A stretch of DNA of 64,000 bases, from contig JAXGMQ010000001.1 of assembly GCA_040768585.1 (NCBI GenBank), positions 746,392 through 810,391 of the forward strand, given 5' to 3'. Under the pieces are notes generated by a model, which was not told the DNA's origin, made no database searches, and worked only from the letters and a program-made list of their open reading frames with translations. Position numbers and translations under genes: made by a program. Below are positions 10,501 to 19,511 of this stretch, in pieces (the first letter of the stretch is position 1; each line of letters begins with the position of its first letter). The stretch is from Caldisericia bacterium (GTDB lineage Bacteria; Caldisericota; Caldisericia; JAAYUI01).

Positions 10501-11147
10501 ATCTTCTGCACCTGGTTTGATAGACCCAATCCTTCAAAAGGATTTTCACCAGTCAACACCTCGTACATGAGCATGCCCAGGGAATACAAGTCTGAGCGAA
10601 TATCTAGGGTATAGCCTATCACGTGTTCTGGTGACATATATGGCACCGTCCCCACCAATGCGTCTTGCCTTGCAATCCTTGCGCCTCTGGCGCAATCAAA
10701 CGCAATTGAGAAATCAACAAGCACAGGTTTTCCTTCATCAATGAGGATGTTATCAGGCTTCAAGTCCCTATGAACAATCGACAGACTATTCAACTCTGAG
10801 AGTGCGTCTGCAATGTCTATGAAAATCTTTGTGAATAGATCAAACGAGAACTGAGAGTTGGCAAACCACTCGATGAGCGGTACCCCAGACACATACTCCA
10901 TCGCACACCAATACAGCCCACCCGCTTCGTCGAATCCACTCCCTATGAACTCTACAACGTTATCGTGTCTTATCCTGGAGAGTAAATCGACCTCCTTAAC
11001 AAAGCGTTCTCTGGCTCTCTCGTTTGGGGGTGTAACAACCTTGACCGCCACCTTCCTGCCGGTGGCGTTATCGTGCGCAAGGTAAACCTTACCCATACCA
11101 CCAACGCCCAACACCTTCTCAACGAAAAACCGCGAAGCTATAAACAT
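7554..11147 (-). CDS. Ser/Thr protein kinase fused to P-loop NTPase and TPR-like helical repeats
   Basis: N-terminal Hanks kinase motifs (GVGGMGKVY, AVK, HRDLKPDNILI, DFS). These are followed by FVGR...GSKGFGKSR (Walker A, AAA_16/STAND-like) and a ~700-aa helical repeat region. Confidence 0.85.
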   Translation of the reverse strand: MFIASRFFVEKVLGVGGMGKVYLAHDNATGRKVAVKVVTPPNERARERFVKEVDLLSRIRHDNVVEFIGSGFDEAGGLYWCAMEYVSGVPLIEWFANSQFSFDLFTKIFIDIADALSELNSLSIVHRDLKPDNILIDEGKPVLVDFSIAFDCARGARIARQDALVGTVPYMSPEHVIGYTLDIRSDLYSLGMLMYEVLTGENPFEGLGLSNQVQKILNEPLPRPGVKNPDISPFIEKIVMKLLEKNPEDRFQTPEELKKELVRCNKNGELQDLWNPTPLRDEGIARVPFVGRSAEFERVLRSLSQIGLGKGQIIEILGSKGFGKSRMLDEIKIEVLAQGGRYFSCKPRDEYLARPAVGYLLDCLAESELQMDTKSWDNHANFIRDLSPKFAAKLEIPAKESRLFEQVDCSDFICDILLSVLPDIPAVFAFDEPMDKLTIDVVNKLTKKIKNRKTLVCVTGESNILDLSEVSPYVTKIELGCLSKADIFAMAESFLKRPPEEGELNWIERLSNGEPQRIVRLLDILKTGADSVIIDDTEDSLKQHYTLILDGVSREAALILNILAVVGRPVNYKFLRPVSRLFNYEFEQTIKNLQLSGLIKEEMHDGVILVESATSHLQEVVLDRLDDMRHAKIAADVASTLELQSNGCQDTDLNITIARQYLKSGNHNKAAYFYDKISAFIMHHEKALKILSEIEPFLDLVTDVNVYCRLLCRLKELYFNLGDTEKNLLLTKRILRDIKKGAIPGGLLPSVYASLFTFSFIDDCEGMDLESLREAERYFDKVEDRSLKTRFLSVKARYLMQLDRHEEAEECLFAYLDLVDKEDNPLMYMRGLSMFATVQCSLGNHDIGLNYFEKALQYVVKCPTKKEEIDLLAQVATTQFHMGKYREASKTCEKALNLTDDCDTDSLPTQLLLIYAHAIRDVGEFDKYQKHLLYLNELIYKVPLDKYVIGWVELLLDHHCLSGCSQLAVDLVEFVKQKCLELSNERWFVKVLMCELELHNYIEDKSELAKLVNRLQKFFPAPDKTSRRLFDAKMFTKLATVNINGNEMVKARRNLDRVTELVQNLNDDDATIELLDAEIYYLRMFHSNGHKTRIFGVKHDYSKWKLTVSKVNSAISILLMSELKYAEKRIRVTENVIALTRDRIAQDDNLDAFEKRRLYNFAVEQMESLFGFYRKTGYTYRKENILEINNSLSLLVK

Positions 11148-11189
11148 TGAGCGTCAGAGGCAGTTTTTATGCTGTGCGCATCACGTACA

Positions 11190-12191
11190 TCAATAAAAGA
11201 GTTTTGCGTACTCAAACAGTTTTGGGTCTGGTTTTCTGCGTTCTCTAGTGGCTGCATCCATGTCGGCGGGTACGATGAGTCCCGCCTTGAGCGCTGTCAT
11301 CTTGCCGACCTCACCACGCTTTAGCAACTCGACCGCCTCATAGCCAAATCTTGTTGCAAGAGTCCTGTCTGTGACGGTTGGAGACCCACCACGCTGGAGG
11401 TGACCAAGGACTGTGTATCTCGAATCGATATTGGCTCTCTTCTCAATCTCCGTTGCCAGCTTTGCACCGACTCCCGTCTGAGGGGAATCACCTGGTGTGA
11501 AAGGCATTCCATCGACTTGTGCGCAATCTGTTATCACGATTATTGAAAAGTTTTTGCCTGCGGCGTTTCTGTGCTCGATGTGACGAACAACATCATCAAA
11601 CGAAACGTGAATCTCAGGCGTGATAATGTAGTCAGCTCCACCGGCCAAACCACCCATCAGGGCAATCCAACCAGAACCACCGCCCATCACCTCTACAACC
11701 ATGACGCGGTGGTGCGATGATGCCGTGGTGTGCAGCCTATCAAGTGATTCGGTCACAAAATTAGAGGCAGAATCAAAACCGATGCAAGATTCTGTGCAAG
11801 AGACATCATTGTCAATCGTCGCTGGGATGCCAACCGTTGCATAACCCGCCTCGTTGAGCCTTGAGGCGATGCGAAGCGAGGCAAATCCACCAATGACAAC
11901 AAGAGATGTCAGTGAGTACTTTTTGAAATTCTCCTGGAATGCTTCAAACTCGCTCTCGGATGTGAAGGGATCCCACCTGCCGGAACCGAGGATTGAACCG
12001 CCAAGATAGAGGATACCTGAGACGTGTCTTTTGTGCATGACAAAGACGTCGTCTTTGATGAGACCTTTCCAGCCATTTCTGACGCCAACGACCTCATAAC
12101 CGAGATCGAGACCCTTCCTGACGACAGCTCTAATTGCAGCGTTGAGACCTGGGCAATCTGCTCCTGATGTGACGACTCCGATTCTTCTCAT
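11190..12191 (-). CDS. 6-phosphofructokinase family protein (phosphoryl donor uncertain)
   Basis: PFK motifs TSGADCPGLNAAIRAVV, PATIDNDV and LGHLQRGGSP. AGGAGG RBS. Several ATP-site residues are atypical (see findings). Confidence 0.85.
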   Translation of the reverse strand: MRRIGVVTSGADCPGLNAAIRAVVRKGLDLGYEVVGVRNGWKGLIKDDVFVMHKRHVSGILYLGGSILGSGRWDPFTSESEFEAFQENFKKYSLTSLVVIGGFASLRIASRLNEAGYATVGIPATIDNDVSCTESCIGFDSASNFVTESLDRLHTTASSHHRVMVVEVMGGGSGWIALMGGLAGGADYIITPEIHVSFDDVVRHIEHRNAAGKNFSIIVITDCAQVDGMPFTPGDSPQTGVGAKLATEIEKRANIDSRYTVLGHLQRGGSPTVTDRTLATRFGYEAVELLKRGEVGKMTALKAGLIVPADMDAATRERRKPDPKLFEYAKLFY

Positions 12192-12202
12192 TTATAATCC
12201 TC

Positions 12203-14239
12203 CTATCCTGCAATCATATTAATGATAAACGGGATAAACAGCAATGATATAACTGACATGAGTTTTATCAAAATATTAATCGATGGGCCAGTGGTATCCT
12301 TGAGCGGGTCACCAACCGTGTCCCCGACTACTGTTGCCTTGTGCTCATCTGAACCTTTGCCAGCGCCTTTTGGATCTGCTTCAATGAACTTCTTAGCGTT
12401 ATCCCACGCACCACCAGCGTTTGCCATAAAGATTGCAAGCAATACACCTGTAAGGGTAGCTCCTGCCAACATTCCACCAAGCGCTTCTTTGCCATGACCT
12501 CCAAAAACGAAGTACACGGCAAAAGGTACCGTAACCATGAGAACCGACGGCACAACCATCTGCTTGAGGGCACCACTCGTCGCAATTGAGACAGTTCTCT
12601 TGTAGTCTGGGTCTGCTTTGCCAGACAGCAATCCAACGGTTTCCTTGAATTGTCTCCTGACCTCAGCGACGACAAGGCTGGCTGATGAACCAACAGCGCT
12701 CATCGTCATAGCAGAAAAGAGAGCGGGCATCGCAACACCCACGAATCCACCAGCAAGAACATAGGGGTTGAGGAAGTTGAGTTCTGTCAGCCCAACCGCC
12801 TGAGTGTAAGCAACAAAGAGCGCAAGCGCGGTGAGGGCTGCTGAGCCAATCGCAAACCCTTTGCCCATGGCAGCCGTTGTGTTGCCTAGTGAATCCAGAT
12901 TGTCGGTTATCTCTCTGACACTCTCTGGTAATCCACCCATCTGAGCGATACCACCAGCGTTATCGGCTATCGGGCCATAGGCATCCACCGCGAGGGTTGC
13001 CGCGAGGGTTGAGAGCATACCAACACCAGCCAAGGCAATTCCGAAGATGCCGGCAGCAGAGAAGGCGACAACGATTGCACCAGCGATAATAAGAATCGGC
13101 AAAACAGCTGATTCCATACCAACACCAAGTCCGGCAATAATGTTAGTGGCGGGTCCACCTTTACTCTGACTGGCAATATATCTGATAGGCTTTGCCGAGG
13201 TGTAGTATGTTGTGACAATACCAATGGCAATACCAGCGATCAATCCACCTGCTGTTGCCATGAAATAACTTGGCTCTCCCCATTCTGTGAAGTTTGCCAG
13301 GTAGTACTGCGCCGCAAGCGAGAGAGCTCCCGCAATATACGTCCCAAGTTGAAGTCCCAGAGACGGTTTTACCTTGCCCGTCTTGGCTCCAAATTTGACA
13401 ACCAGTATACCAATTATTGATGAAAGCAGACCGAGAGCAGCAAGCAGGAGAATGAAGATAACCTTGTCTGCATCAAAACCAGTTGCCACAGAGGCAAGCA
13501 CAAGCGAGGATACAATCGCGCCAACATAAGATTCATAAAGATCAGCGCCCATACCAGCGACATCGCCAACGTTATCACCGACGTTATCAGCAATGACTGC
13601 GGGATTTCTTGGGTCATCCTCTGGGATGCCGGCTTCAACCTTACCCACAAGGTCAGCGCCTACATCAGCAGCCTTTGTGAAGATGCCACCACCGACTCTG
13701 GCAAAAAGAGCAACAAACGAAGCGCCGACGGAGAATCCAACAAGGATTCCTGTCATCTCCGCAACACTGATATCAGGAATATTAGAGAATATGGTGAAGA
13801 AACCCGTGACACCAATAATTCCAAGCGATGAGACAACGAGACCCATGACAGCTCCGCCCGAGTACGCCATCTCAAGGGCTTTTCCTTCACCTTGTTTGAA
13901 AGCTGCCTGGCTCGTGCGGTTGTTGGCAAGAGTTGCTATGTTCATACCAATAAAACCTGCAAGTATTGAGAACATGGCTCCGCACAAGAATGCAAGGAGG
14001 GCCCAGCCTCCGATTATAAGATAAATGCCTATCGCAAACGGAACAGCGGCAACAAGCATGTACTGGTATTCTTTGACAAGAAAGGCGAAAGCTCCGGAAC
14101 GGATGGCTCCTGCTATCTTTCTGAGTTTCCCATCCCCAGGGTCACCTTTTGCAATCCCTACTCCCAGCGCCAACGCAGTGAGAAGCCCAAGCACACCAAC
14201 ACCAATCGGCACCAAGTATTGAAACACGAGACCCCGCAC
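12203..14239 (-). CDS. hppA: Membrane-bound ion-translocating pyrophosphatase, K+-dependent type
   Basis: 678-aa polytopic protein with [32 protein letters not shown] and [10 protein letters not shown] motifs. GTG start at 14239. Confidence 0.95.
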   Translation of the reverse strand: MRGLVFQYLVPIGVGVLGLLTALALGVGIAKGDPGDGKLRKIAGAIRSGAFAFLVKEYQYMLVAAVPFAIGIYLIIGGWALLAFLCGAMFSILAGFIGMNIATLANNRTSQAAFKQGEGKALEMAYSGGAVMGLVVSSLGIIGVTGFFTIFSNIPDISVAEMTGILVGFSVGASFVALFARVGGGIFTKAADVGADLVGKVEAGIPEDDPRNPAVIADNVGDNVGDVAGMGADLYESYVGAIVSSLVLASVATGFDADKVIFILLLAALGLLSSIIGILVVKFGAKTGKVKPSLGLQLGTYIAGALSLAAQYYLANFTEWGEPSYFMATAGGLIAGIAIGIVTTYYTSAKPIRYIASQSKGGPATNIIAGLGVGMESAVLPILIIAGAIVVAFSAAGIFGIALAGVGMLSTLAATLAVDAYGPIADNAGGIAQMGGLPESVREITDNLDSLGNTTAAMGKGFAIGSAALTALALFVAYTQAVGLTELNFLNPYVLAGGFVGVAMPALFSAMTMSAVGSSASLVVAEVRRQFKETVGLLSGKADPDYKRTVSIATSGALKQMVVPSVLMVTVPFAVYFVFGGHGKEALGGMLAGATLTGVLLAIFMANAGGAWDNAKKFIEADPKGAGKGSDEHKATVVGDTVGDPLKDTTGPSINILIKLMSVISLLFIPFIINMIAG

Positions 14240-14256
14240 CCCTTTTTTTTGTGGAA

Positions 14257-14331
14257 TGGTGGGCGAAACAGGATTCGAACCTGTGACCTCTTCCGTGTGA
14301 GGGAAGCGCTCTACCGCTGAGCCATTCGCCC
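14257..14331 (-). tRNA. tRNA-Val (anticodon CAC), CCA encoded
   Basis: Reverse complement reads GGGCGAATGGCTCAGCGGTAGAGCGCTTCCCTCACACGGAAGAGGTCACAGGTTCGAATCCTGTTTCGCCCACCA. It has a 7-bp acceptor stem, anticodon loop CTCACAC and T-loop GGTTCGAATCC. Confidence 0.9.
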
Positions 14332-14391
14332 GACAAAATCACATTCTAATTCTATCTCTTACCAAGTCAATATTCGTTTTTAATAAGACAA

Positions 14392-14419
14392 TTGACAAAA
14401 TGGAAATTTAGACTAGACT
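14392..14419 (+). promoter_or_regulatory. Sigma70-like promoter candidate for the TetR operon
   Basis: TTGACA (14392-14397), a 16-nt spacer, then TAGACT (14414-14419). Confidence 0.45.
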
Positions 14420-14447
14420 GAGTTACAACTCACTGAGTAATAACTCA
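14419..14447 (+). promoter_or_regulatory. Two tandem palindromic operator candidates (TetR-type)
   Basis: TGAGTTACAACTCA (14419-14432; 6-2-6 perfect dyad) and TGAGTAATAACTCA (14434-14447; 5-bp perfect arms). They are separated by 1 nt and end 2 nt before the TetR ATG. Confidence 0.55.
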
Positions 14448-14449
14448 TT

Positions 14450-15043
14450 ATGACACAATCACTGAAAACAAGAGACCAGAAAAGGAAAGAGACTCAAACT
14501 AAAATCCTTCGAGTTACTCTCGACAGGGTTTCAGTAGACGGATTCATGGGAGTCAACACATACGATATTGCAAGAGACGCTGGCGTATCGCACGGGACGG
14601 TGTTTCTTCACTACCCCACCAAGGAAAAACTCATCACATCAGCTATGATGAAATTTGCTGATGATGTCACAACCAGGATGCGAAAACTCACAAACTGCGA
14701 CATGGGATTGAAATCACTCCTATTGGCTCATCTTGACGTGCTTTGTGAATTCGAGGATATCTATACAAAATTCATAGCCGAGACTCCCCATATGTCCGAG
14801 GAGATGAGAGTAACACTCATCACGGTTCAAGGCGCAATCTCACACACGCTGTACGTAACAGCAAAGAGGGAAATAGAAAAGGGTGTTATCAAACCATTCC
14901 CAATGGATATGCTGTTTAACAGCTGGATTGGACTGGTGCATCACTATCTCCTGAACAAAGAACTCTTTGCGCCGGGAAGGTCTGTGATAAAAGAGAGAGG
15001 CAATTCACTCGTTGACCATTTCTTCGAGATGGTCAAAAAATAG
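14450..15043 (+). CDS. TetR/AcrR family transcriptional regulator
   Basis: N-terminal HTH region (ILRVTLDRVSVDGFMGVNTYDIARDAGVSHGTVFLHYPTKEKL) and typical ~200-aa size. Confidence 0.85.
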   Translation: MTQSLKTRDQKRKETQTKILRVTLDRVSVDGFMGVNTYDIARDAGVSHGTVFLHYPTKEKLITSAMMKFADDVTTRMRKLTNCDMGLKSLLLAHLDVLCEFEDIYTKFIAETPHMSEEMRVTLITVQGAISHTLYVTAKREIEKGVIKPFPMDMLFNSWIGLVHHYLLNKELFAPGRSVIKERGNSLVDHFFEMVKK

Positions 15044-15063
15044 GAAGATTTAAAAAATGGAGG

Positions 15064-15318
15064 ATGAAAAACATGGACAAAGTTTGTATTTCATGCGGAA
15101 TGCCGATGAGAAACGCAGAAGATTTCCCAAATGGTGACACCACCAAGGATTACTGCGTCTATTGCGCAAGGCCAGACGGCACAATGAAATCCTGGGATGA
15201 GGCGGTTGAGGGCATGACGGGATTCCTGGTCAGCTCACAGGGGCTTGACAAGGAGGTCGCAAAAGAGATGGCGGAGAAAAATCTTGCCAAACTTCCAGCC
15301 TGGAAAGACAGAAAATAA
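15064..15318 (+). CDS. Zinc-ribbon domain protein
   Basis: CISCGMPM ... DYCVYC four-Cys pattern at the N-terminus. 84 aa. GGAGG RBS. Confidence 0.6.
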   Translation: MKNMDKVCISCGMPMRNAEDFPNGDTTKDYCVYCARPDGTMKSWDEAVEGMTGFLVSSQGLDKEVAKEMAEKNLAKLPAWKDRK

Positions 15319-15762
15319 ATGCCAAAAACCACAAGAGAAAAACTCGCCACAAAAACCAAACGCGAGGTCAAGGAGACTTCTGAGGGTTTACTCTTGATTC
15401 CATCCGCTCCTGATGTCGAGGAGCAGATGAGAAGACCAAAAAATGGACAGCTCATTACAACTGGTATCATCAGAGAAGCTCTTACAAAAAAACATGGCGC
15501 CAAGAGGGCTTGTCCACTTGTGACAGGAATATTTTCCAAGATGGTCGCCCAAGCTGCCGAGGAGGACAGAGCTGACGGTATCGAGGATATCGTGCCGTGG
15601 TGGAGAACCCTCAAACCCGACGGGAGTCTGAACGAGAAGTACCCAGATGGCCCAGATTATCAGGCGGATTTACTCACAGAGGAGGGGTTTGAGATCGAAC
15701 GGGGCAAGGGGAGAAGCAAAAAACTCAGAGTAGTTGACTTCGAAAAGTTCCTTGTGAAATAG
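15319..15762 (+). CDS. MGMT/ATL-like DNA-binding domain protein (tentative)
   Basis: 147 aa. The VPWWRTLKPDGSL segment resembles the (I/V)PWHRV helix-turn-wing motif of Cys-less MGMT-family proteins. The start abuts the stop of the previous gene. Confidence 0.4.
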   Translation: MPKTTREKLATKTKREVKETSEGLLLIPSAPDVEEQMRRPKNGQLITTGIIREALTKKHGAKRACPLVTGIFSKMVAQAAEEDRADGIEDIVPWWRTLKPDGSLNEKYPDGPDYQADLLTEEGFEIERGKGRSKKLRVVDFEKFLVK

Positions 15763-15767
15763 GTGCT

Positions 15768-17219
15768 CTAGTCCCTCAATACCCTTGCGCCGAGGCATTC
15801 GCCATTTTTGCCTGTGACTATCGCAAATGCGACGGTCGGATGGGAGGGAATGTCCACCTCTGCTTGAAGCACTCTGCTTCTGTCTGTTGCGTGCCTTGTG
15901 ATTGATTCAACCAACAGGGGAGACATGTAACCCTTGACCTCGACCACTGAGAGTCTTGTCTCAAACGGGTAGGGTGCATCTTCAAGGTCGACTGTGACCA
16001 CACCACCATCGAAGCTCATGTCGGTGCTGCACATTTCGCTCTTGCACTCTGTAAGGTCATCCTTGACTGAATTGATCGATTCCTTCGAGACCTCTTCGGT
16101 AATTATCTTTCCGTCGATCATTACGTACTCACCGTGAGGGAAGAAGTCCGTTTCACCAGTCACGACAAAGACGAGTGCTTTGGGGTAAACGTCCTGCTGA
16201 AGCTGCCAGATATCTGAAACCAGTTCCTTGTATTTTTTTGTCGTTGTTGAGATGGCAACATAGCTTGTTTGAGTGTCCGCCACTCTTGTGACAACCCATT
16301 TTTCAACGGCAACTGCATAACCAGAGTCTCTTGTGCAATAGAAATAATCGTCTGACACATCAATTGTTCTTGGGACAAAGCTGCCGTTTGAGCCTGCAAT
16401 CGGGTCTCCGCCGATCTTTGCGTTCTCTGTATCTCTTGAAGACGCCGTCTCTCCCCAGACTCCATATGAACCATCTTCGAACCACACCGTCACACGATTA
16501 TTACCGGCATCGGAAAACCAGAAATTACCCTCTCCATCAATTGCAAAGTCGGTTGGGTTTTTCAGTGCATTGACAGCTGAGCCGAAGTGTGTGGTCTCAC
16601 TCACAAGGTTGAGTTCGGTGTCAAACTTTAAAATCTTAGAATCAAAAGTAAGTGCCCAGACATAGTCGTCATAGAGTTCAAGCGCAACAACATCTCTCTC
16701 GACCTGGTCGTAAATTTCCATGTCATAACCGAGTGAGACTACTGGTCCACCCTCATATCCGACATATATTCCATAATCATCAGCAACGATTGCCACAGGG
16801 GTTTTGTCAAACAAACCTAGATCATCAGAATAAACGACATCCGTTATCTCACCATTCGATAGGACTTTTACAGACTTGTCATGCTTGTCTGTGGCAAACA
16901 CAAAACCATCAACGCCGGCAATCTTGTCTGGTTTAAATCCCTTTGGCCCAACACATTCACCGGAACGCTTGAGGTTTCCGTTGAACTGGCCATCGAGGGT
17001 ATAGGTGTATATCTGCCCAACATCTTTTGCACCGACTAGTACCCACTTGTCCATCACAGACACTTCGCTTGGTTGGAAGGGGCATGAACACCACGCTAGA
17101 CCAATAGGAACAACGGGGCCTGAGGGAGCTGAGAAACCTTGCAGCAGGAGAGCTGCGGCAATGATTATGTTACCAAACAGATAGTTTATCTGGTGTCGTG
17201 TTCTTGATTCTCGCTTCAT
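15768..17219 (-). CDS. Secreted NHL-repeat beta-propeller-like protein
   Basis: Hydrophobic N-terminus. NHL-like repeat GNFWFSDAGNNRVTVW. The start overlaps the upstream gene by 50 nt, so the start is uncertain. Confidence 0.6.
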   Translation of the reverse strand: MKRESRTRHQINYLFGNIIIAAALLLQGFSAPSGPVVPIGLAWCSCPFQPSEVSVMDKWVLVGAKDVGQIYTYTLDGQFNGNLKRSGECVGPKGFKPDKIAGVDGFVFATDKHDKSVKVLSNGEITDVVYSDDLGLFDKTPVAIVADDYGIYVGYEGGPVVSLGYDMEIYDQVERDVVALELYDDYVWALTFDSKILKFDTELNLVSETTHFGSAVNALKNPTDFAIDGEGNFWFSDAGNNRVTVWFEDGSYGVWGETASSRDTENAKIGGDPIAGSNGSFVPRTIDVSDDYFYCTRDSGYAVAVEKWVVTRVADTQTSYVAISTTTKKYKELVSDIWQLQQDVYPKALVFVVTGETDFFPHGEYVMIDGKIITEEVSKESINSVKDDLTECKSEMCSTDMSFDGGVVTVDLEDAPYPFETRLSVVEVKGYMSPLLVESITRHATDRSRVLQAEVDIPSHPTVAFAIVTGKNGECLGARVLRD

Positions 17220-19479
17220 CTAGGAGTTCATCTTCGTTGCTTGGTGTTAGTGTGTATCGAACCGTTGGGAGGCTGTTGAATCTAGTGTCTCTTCTCGGAG
17301 AAAGCAGAATCAACGAACCGGTGTGCGTCGTTAGAACCAACCTATTCTCAGCGAGGACACCACCCACAATGTCGAAACCAAATTCATGTGTATAGCGTTT
17401 ATCCTCGTCTTCAAGGGCAATAATGGTTATAGACTTCCCACTTAACACACACAGATGATCGAGTGTAACAAAGCAACTGACGAAACTGCCATCTATCACG
17501 ACTTTAACATCACTTCCCCAGACTGACCTACCGCTTCTCTTGTTGAGAGCTTGGACGGTGCCATCTGAGGTGATACAATAGAGCCTATCACCTGCCGTTG
17601 CCAGGTTTGAAACGATTTTGTAATCGAAGGCTCTTGTCCAGATCGGTTTGATGTATTTAAGTTTTGAGTCAATGCATTTTATTTTCTCACCGGAGGGAAC
17701 AAATATTCGGCTATCATCTGAGGTAGAGGTAAGTTTTATCTTCCCAGATGGGTCAAACCACTCAAGTTTTCCGGTGAGTCTGTTGTACTTGCTGAAACTG
17801 CCATCTTGTGAACCGATAAAGATACTATCGTTTGTTATAGTCGGGGTTGAAGTGATAACTCCGCTTGTTCTGAAAAAGTTTTGGAAACTACCCCTCCGTA
17901 AATCGAACGAATAAACATAATCCTTCCAGACGCCGACGAAAACCTGGTTGCCATTGATTGTTGGGGGGGCATAGATGTATTCATACATCTTGTAGTCCCA
18001 TATGTAGTCGCCATTGCTGGCATCGAGACAGACTATGGGGCTGTTGCAAGGCGCAACAACAATCTTCCCGTCAGAGTATGCGGGGGAGCCAATTATCTTC
18101 GAGCCGTCAAATTCTCTCTGCCAAATAAGCTCTGCTTTGGACAGCGAAACGCAACGAACCGTGCCATCGGTGAGACAGTAATAAACCTTATCACCAACAA
18201 CAATTGGAGGGCTTTCGCAGAGACCACCGACCTCTGTTCGCCACTTCACATCCTTACCGTTTGCAAGCGAGATACACACACCCTTGCCGGCCTCAGGCAG
18301 AGCAAGCACACCTGATGAGCCAGCCGCAATACCAGCATCGAGGGGGACACCGGGATTGCTCGTCCAGACATGCTGTCCGGCGGCTTGGGTTAGGCAGTAG
18401 AGACGTCCTGTGTTTGATGAGCCAACGTAAACCTTTCCCTCTGCAAGAGCAAGATGTTGACCAGTTACACCGCCATTCAACTGATAGGGTTTCTTCCAGG
18501 CACTGGCGCAAGACTTGATCTCAACACAGTGAACCTCTCCAGAATAAGTCGCAAAGTAGAGATACCACCCATCCGACAAAACGCCAGTGAGAACCCTGTC
18601 TCCAATCGGAAGGGTACAGACATCTTCACCAGTTTCCCACGATTTAATTCGAAGAATCCCATCGGCGTCGACAAACGCAACGCCCTCTGACGCTGAGCAG
18701 AGTGCGTTCTGTCCTGAAACGATTGAAGCTTTCTTTCTCCAAAGTATCGAATCTCTGCTGTAGACCTCTCCTCTTGAGATGTCCACACAGATGAGTTCAT
18801 CAGAAACTGTCGCGAAAACCAGTCTGGCTTTCCCGTCAGAATCTGTGTACGTAACAGGATTCGTGAAATCCTTCACGGTTATATTTTCGCCAAGTTCTTT
18901 GGCAAGATCACAGTAGCCTTTGATAAAAAGCCCCGACAGAGTCCACTCGGTCAGGACGGCATCGTCTGTTATGGTGAATATTGATGAACCGGCGGAAACG
19001 GGTGCCGTAGAAATTTTGCCGCCCAAATCCCGCCTCTGGTTGAGTTTGCCGTCGTCGGTCATGAGGCAACTCAGTATCCCCTCATATGTTGTCTGGAAAA
19101 CAAAGTTGCCAATAACAAGGGGTTTTGCGACGTTTACGGAGTGTGAGAGTATCTTCCTCCATACCAGTTCTCCAGTTCGACCATCTATGCAGGAGAGAGA
19201 ACCTGAGGTTTGTTGGACAAAGAAACACCCCTTGTAGTAGGAGGGCACTGCCTCCTTGTGAACACCACCACCGCTGTGATAGGAGACGCTACCCCAGTCA
19301 GAGATGTCATGTTTATCTGAGATATTGAGCATGCGCTCAGTGGTGGCAAATGTGTGGGCTGAGTCGTAGCCAAACATCTGCCAGGAATGGGTATCAGAAC
19401 GAACACCAGGGGAGAAAAAAGCCGACAGGAACACAGCACAAACTAGCACCGTTGCTATTCTCGCGGCATGTCTTCTCAT
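17170..19479 (-). CDS. Secreted PQQ-like (BamB-like) beta-propeller repeat protein
   Basis: 769 aa with a signal peptide. Many repeats of the type G.l.ald..tGe..W (e.g. IDGRTGELVWRK, SLSKAELIWQRE, DASNGDYIWDY, NKRSGRSVWGS). Confidence 0.75.
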   Translation of the reverse strand: MRRHAARIATVLVCAVFLSAFFSPGVRSDTHSWQMFGYDSAHTFATTERMLNISDKHDISDWGSVSYHSGGGVHKEAVPSYYKGCFFVQQTSGSLSCIDGRTGELVWRKILSHSVNVAKPLVIGNFVFQTTYEGILSCLMTDDGKLNQRRDLGGKISTAPVSAGSSIFTITDDAVLTEWTLSGLFIKGYCDLAKELGENITVKDFTNPVTYTDSDGKARLVFATVSDELICVDISRGEVYSRDSILWRKKASIVSGQNALCSASEGVAFVDADGILRIKSWETGEDVCTLPIGDRVLTGVLSDGWYLYFATYSGEVHCVEIKSCASAWKKPYQLNGGVTGQHLALAEGKVYVGSSNTGRLYCLTQAAGQHVWTSNPGVPLDAGIAAGSSGVLALPEAGKGVCISLANGKDVKWRTEVGGLCESPPIVVGDKVYYCLTDGTVRCVSLSKAELIWQREFDGSKIIGSPAYSDGKIVVAPCNSPIVCLDASNGDYIWDYKMYEYIYAPPTINGNQVFVGVWKDYVYSFDLRRGSFQNFFRTSGVITSTPTITNDSIFIGSQDGSFSKYNRLTGKLEWFDPSGKIKLTSTSDDSRIFVPSGEKIKCIDSKLKYIKPIWTRAFDYKIVSNLATAGDRLYCITSDGTVQALNKRSGRSVWGSDVKVVIDGSFVSCFVTLDHLCVLSGKSITIIALEDEDKRYTHEFGFDIVGGVLAENRLVLTTHTGSLILLSPRRDTRFNSLPTVRYTLTPSNEDELLDEARIKNTTPDKLSVW

Positions 19480-19511
19480 TTAACCAATGCTTTAAGTGTA
19501 AGTCATTTGTA

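Noticed and set aside
12222-14222. Multiple 60-140-aa ORFs on both strands inside hppA. Similar nested ORFs occur inside the kinase, PQQ propeller, ABC and V-ATPase genes.
   Set aside because: They lie entirely within well-supported long genes that have strong family motifs. This is typical shadow-ORF behaviour, and none has recognisable motifs or an RBS.
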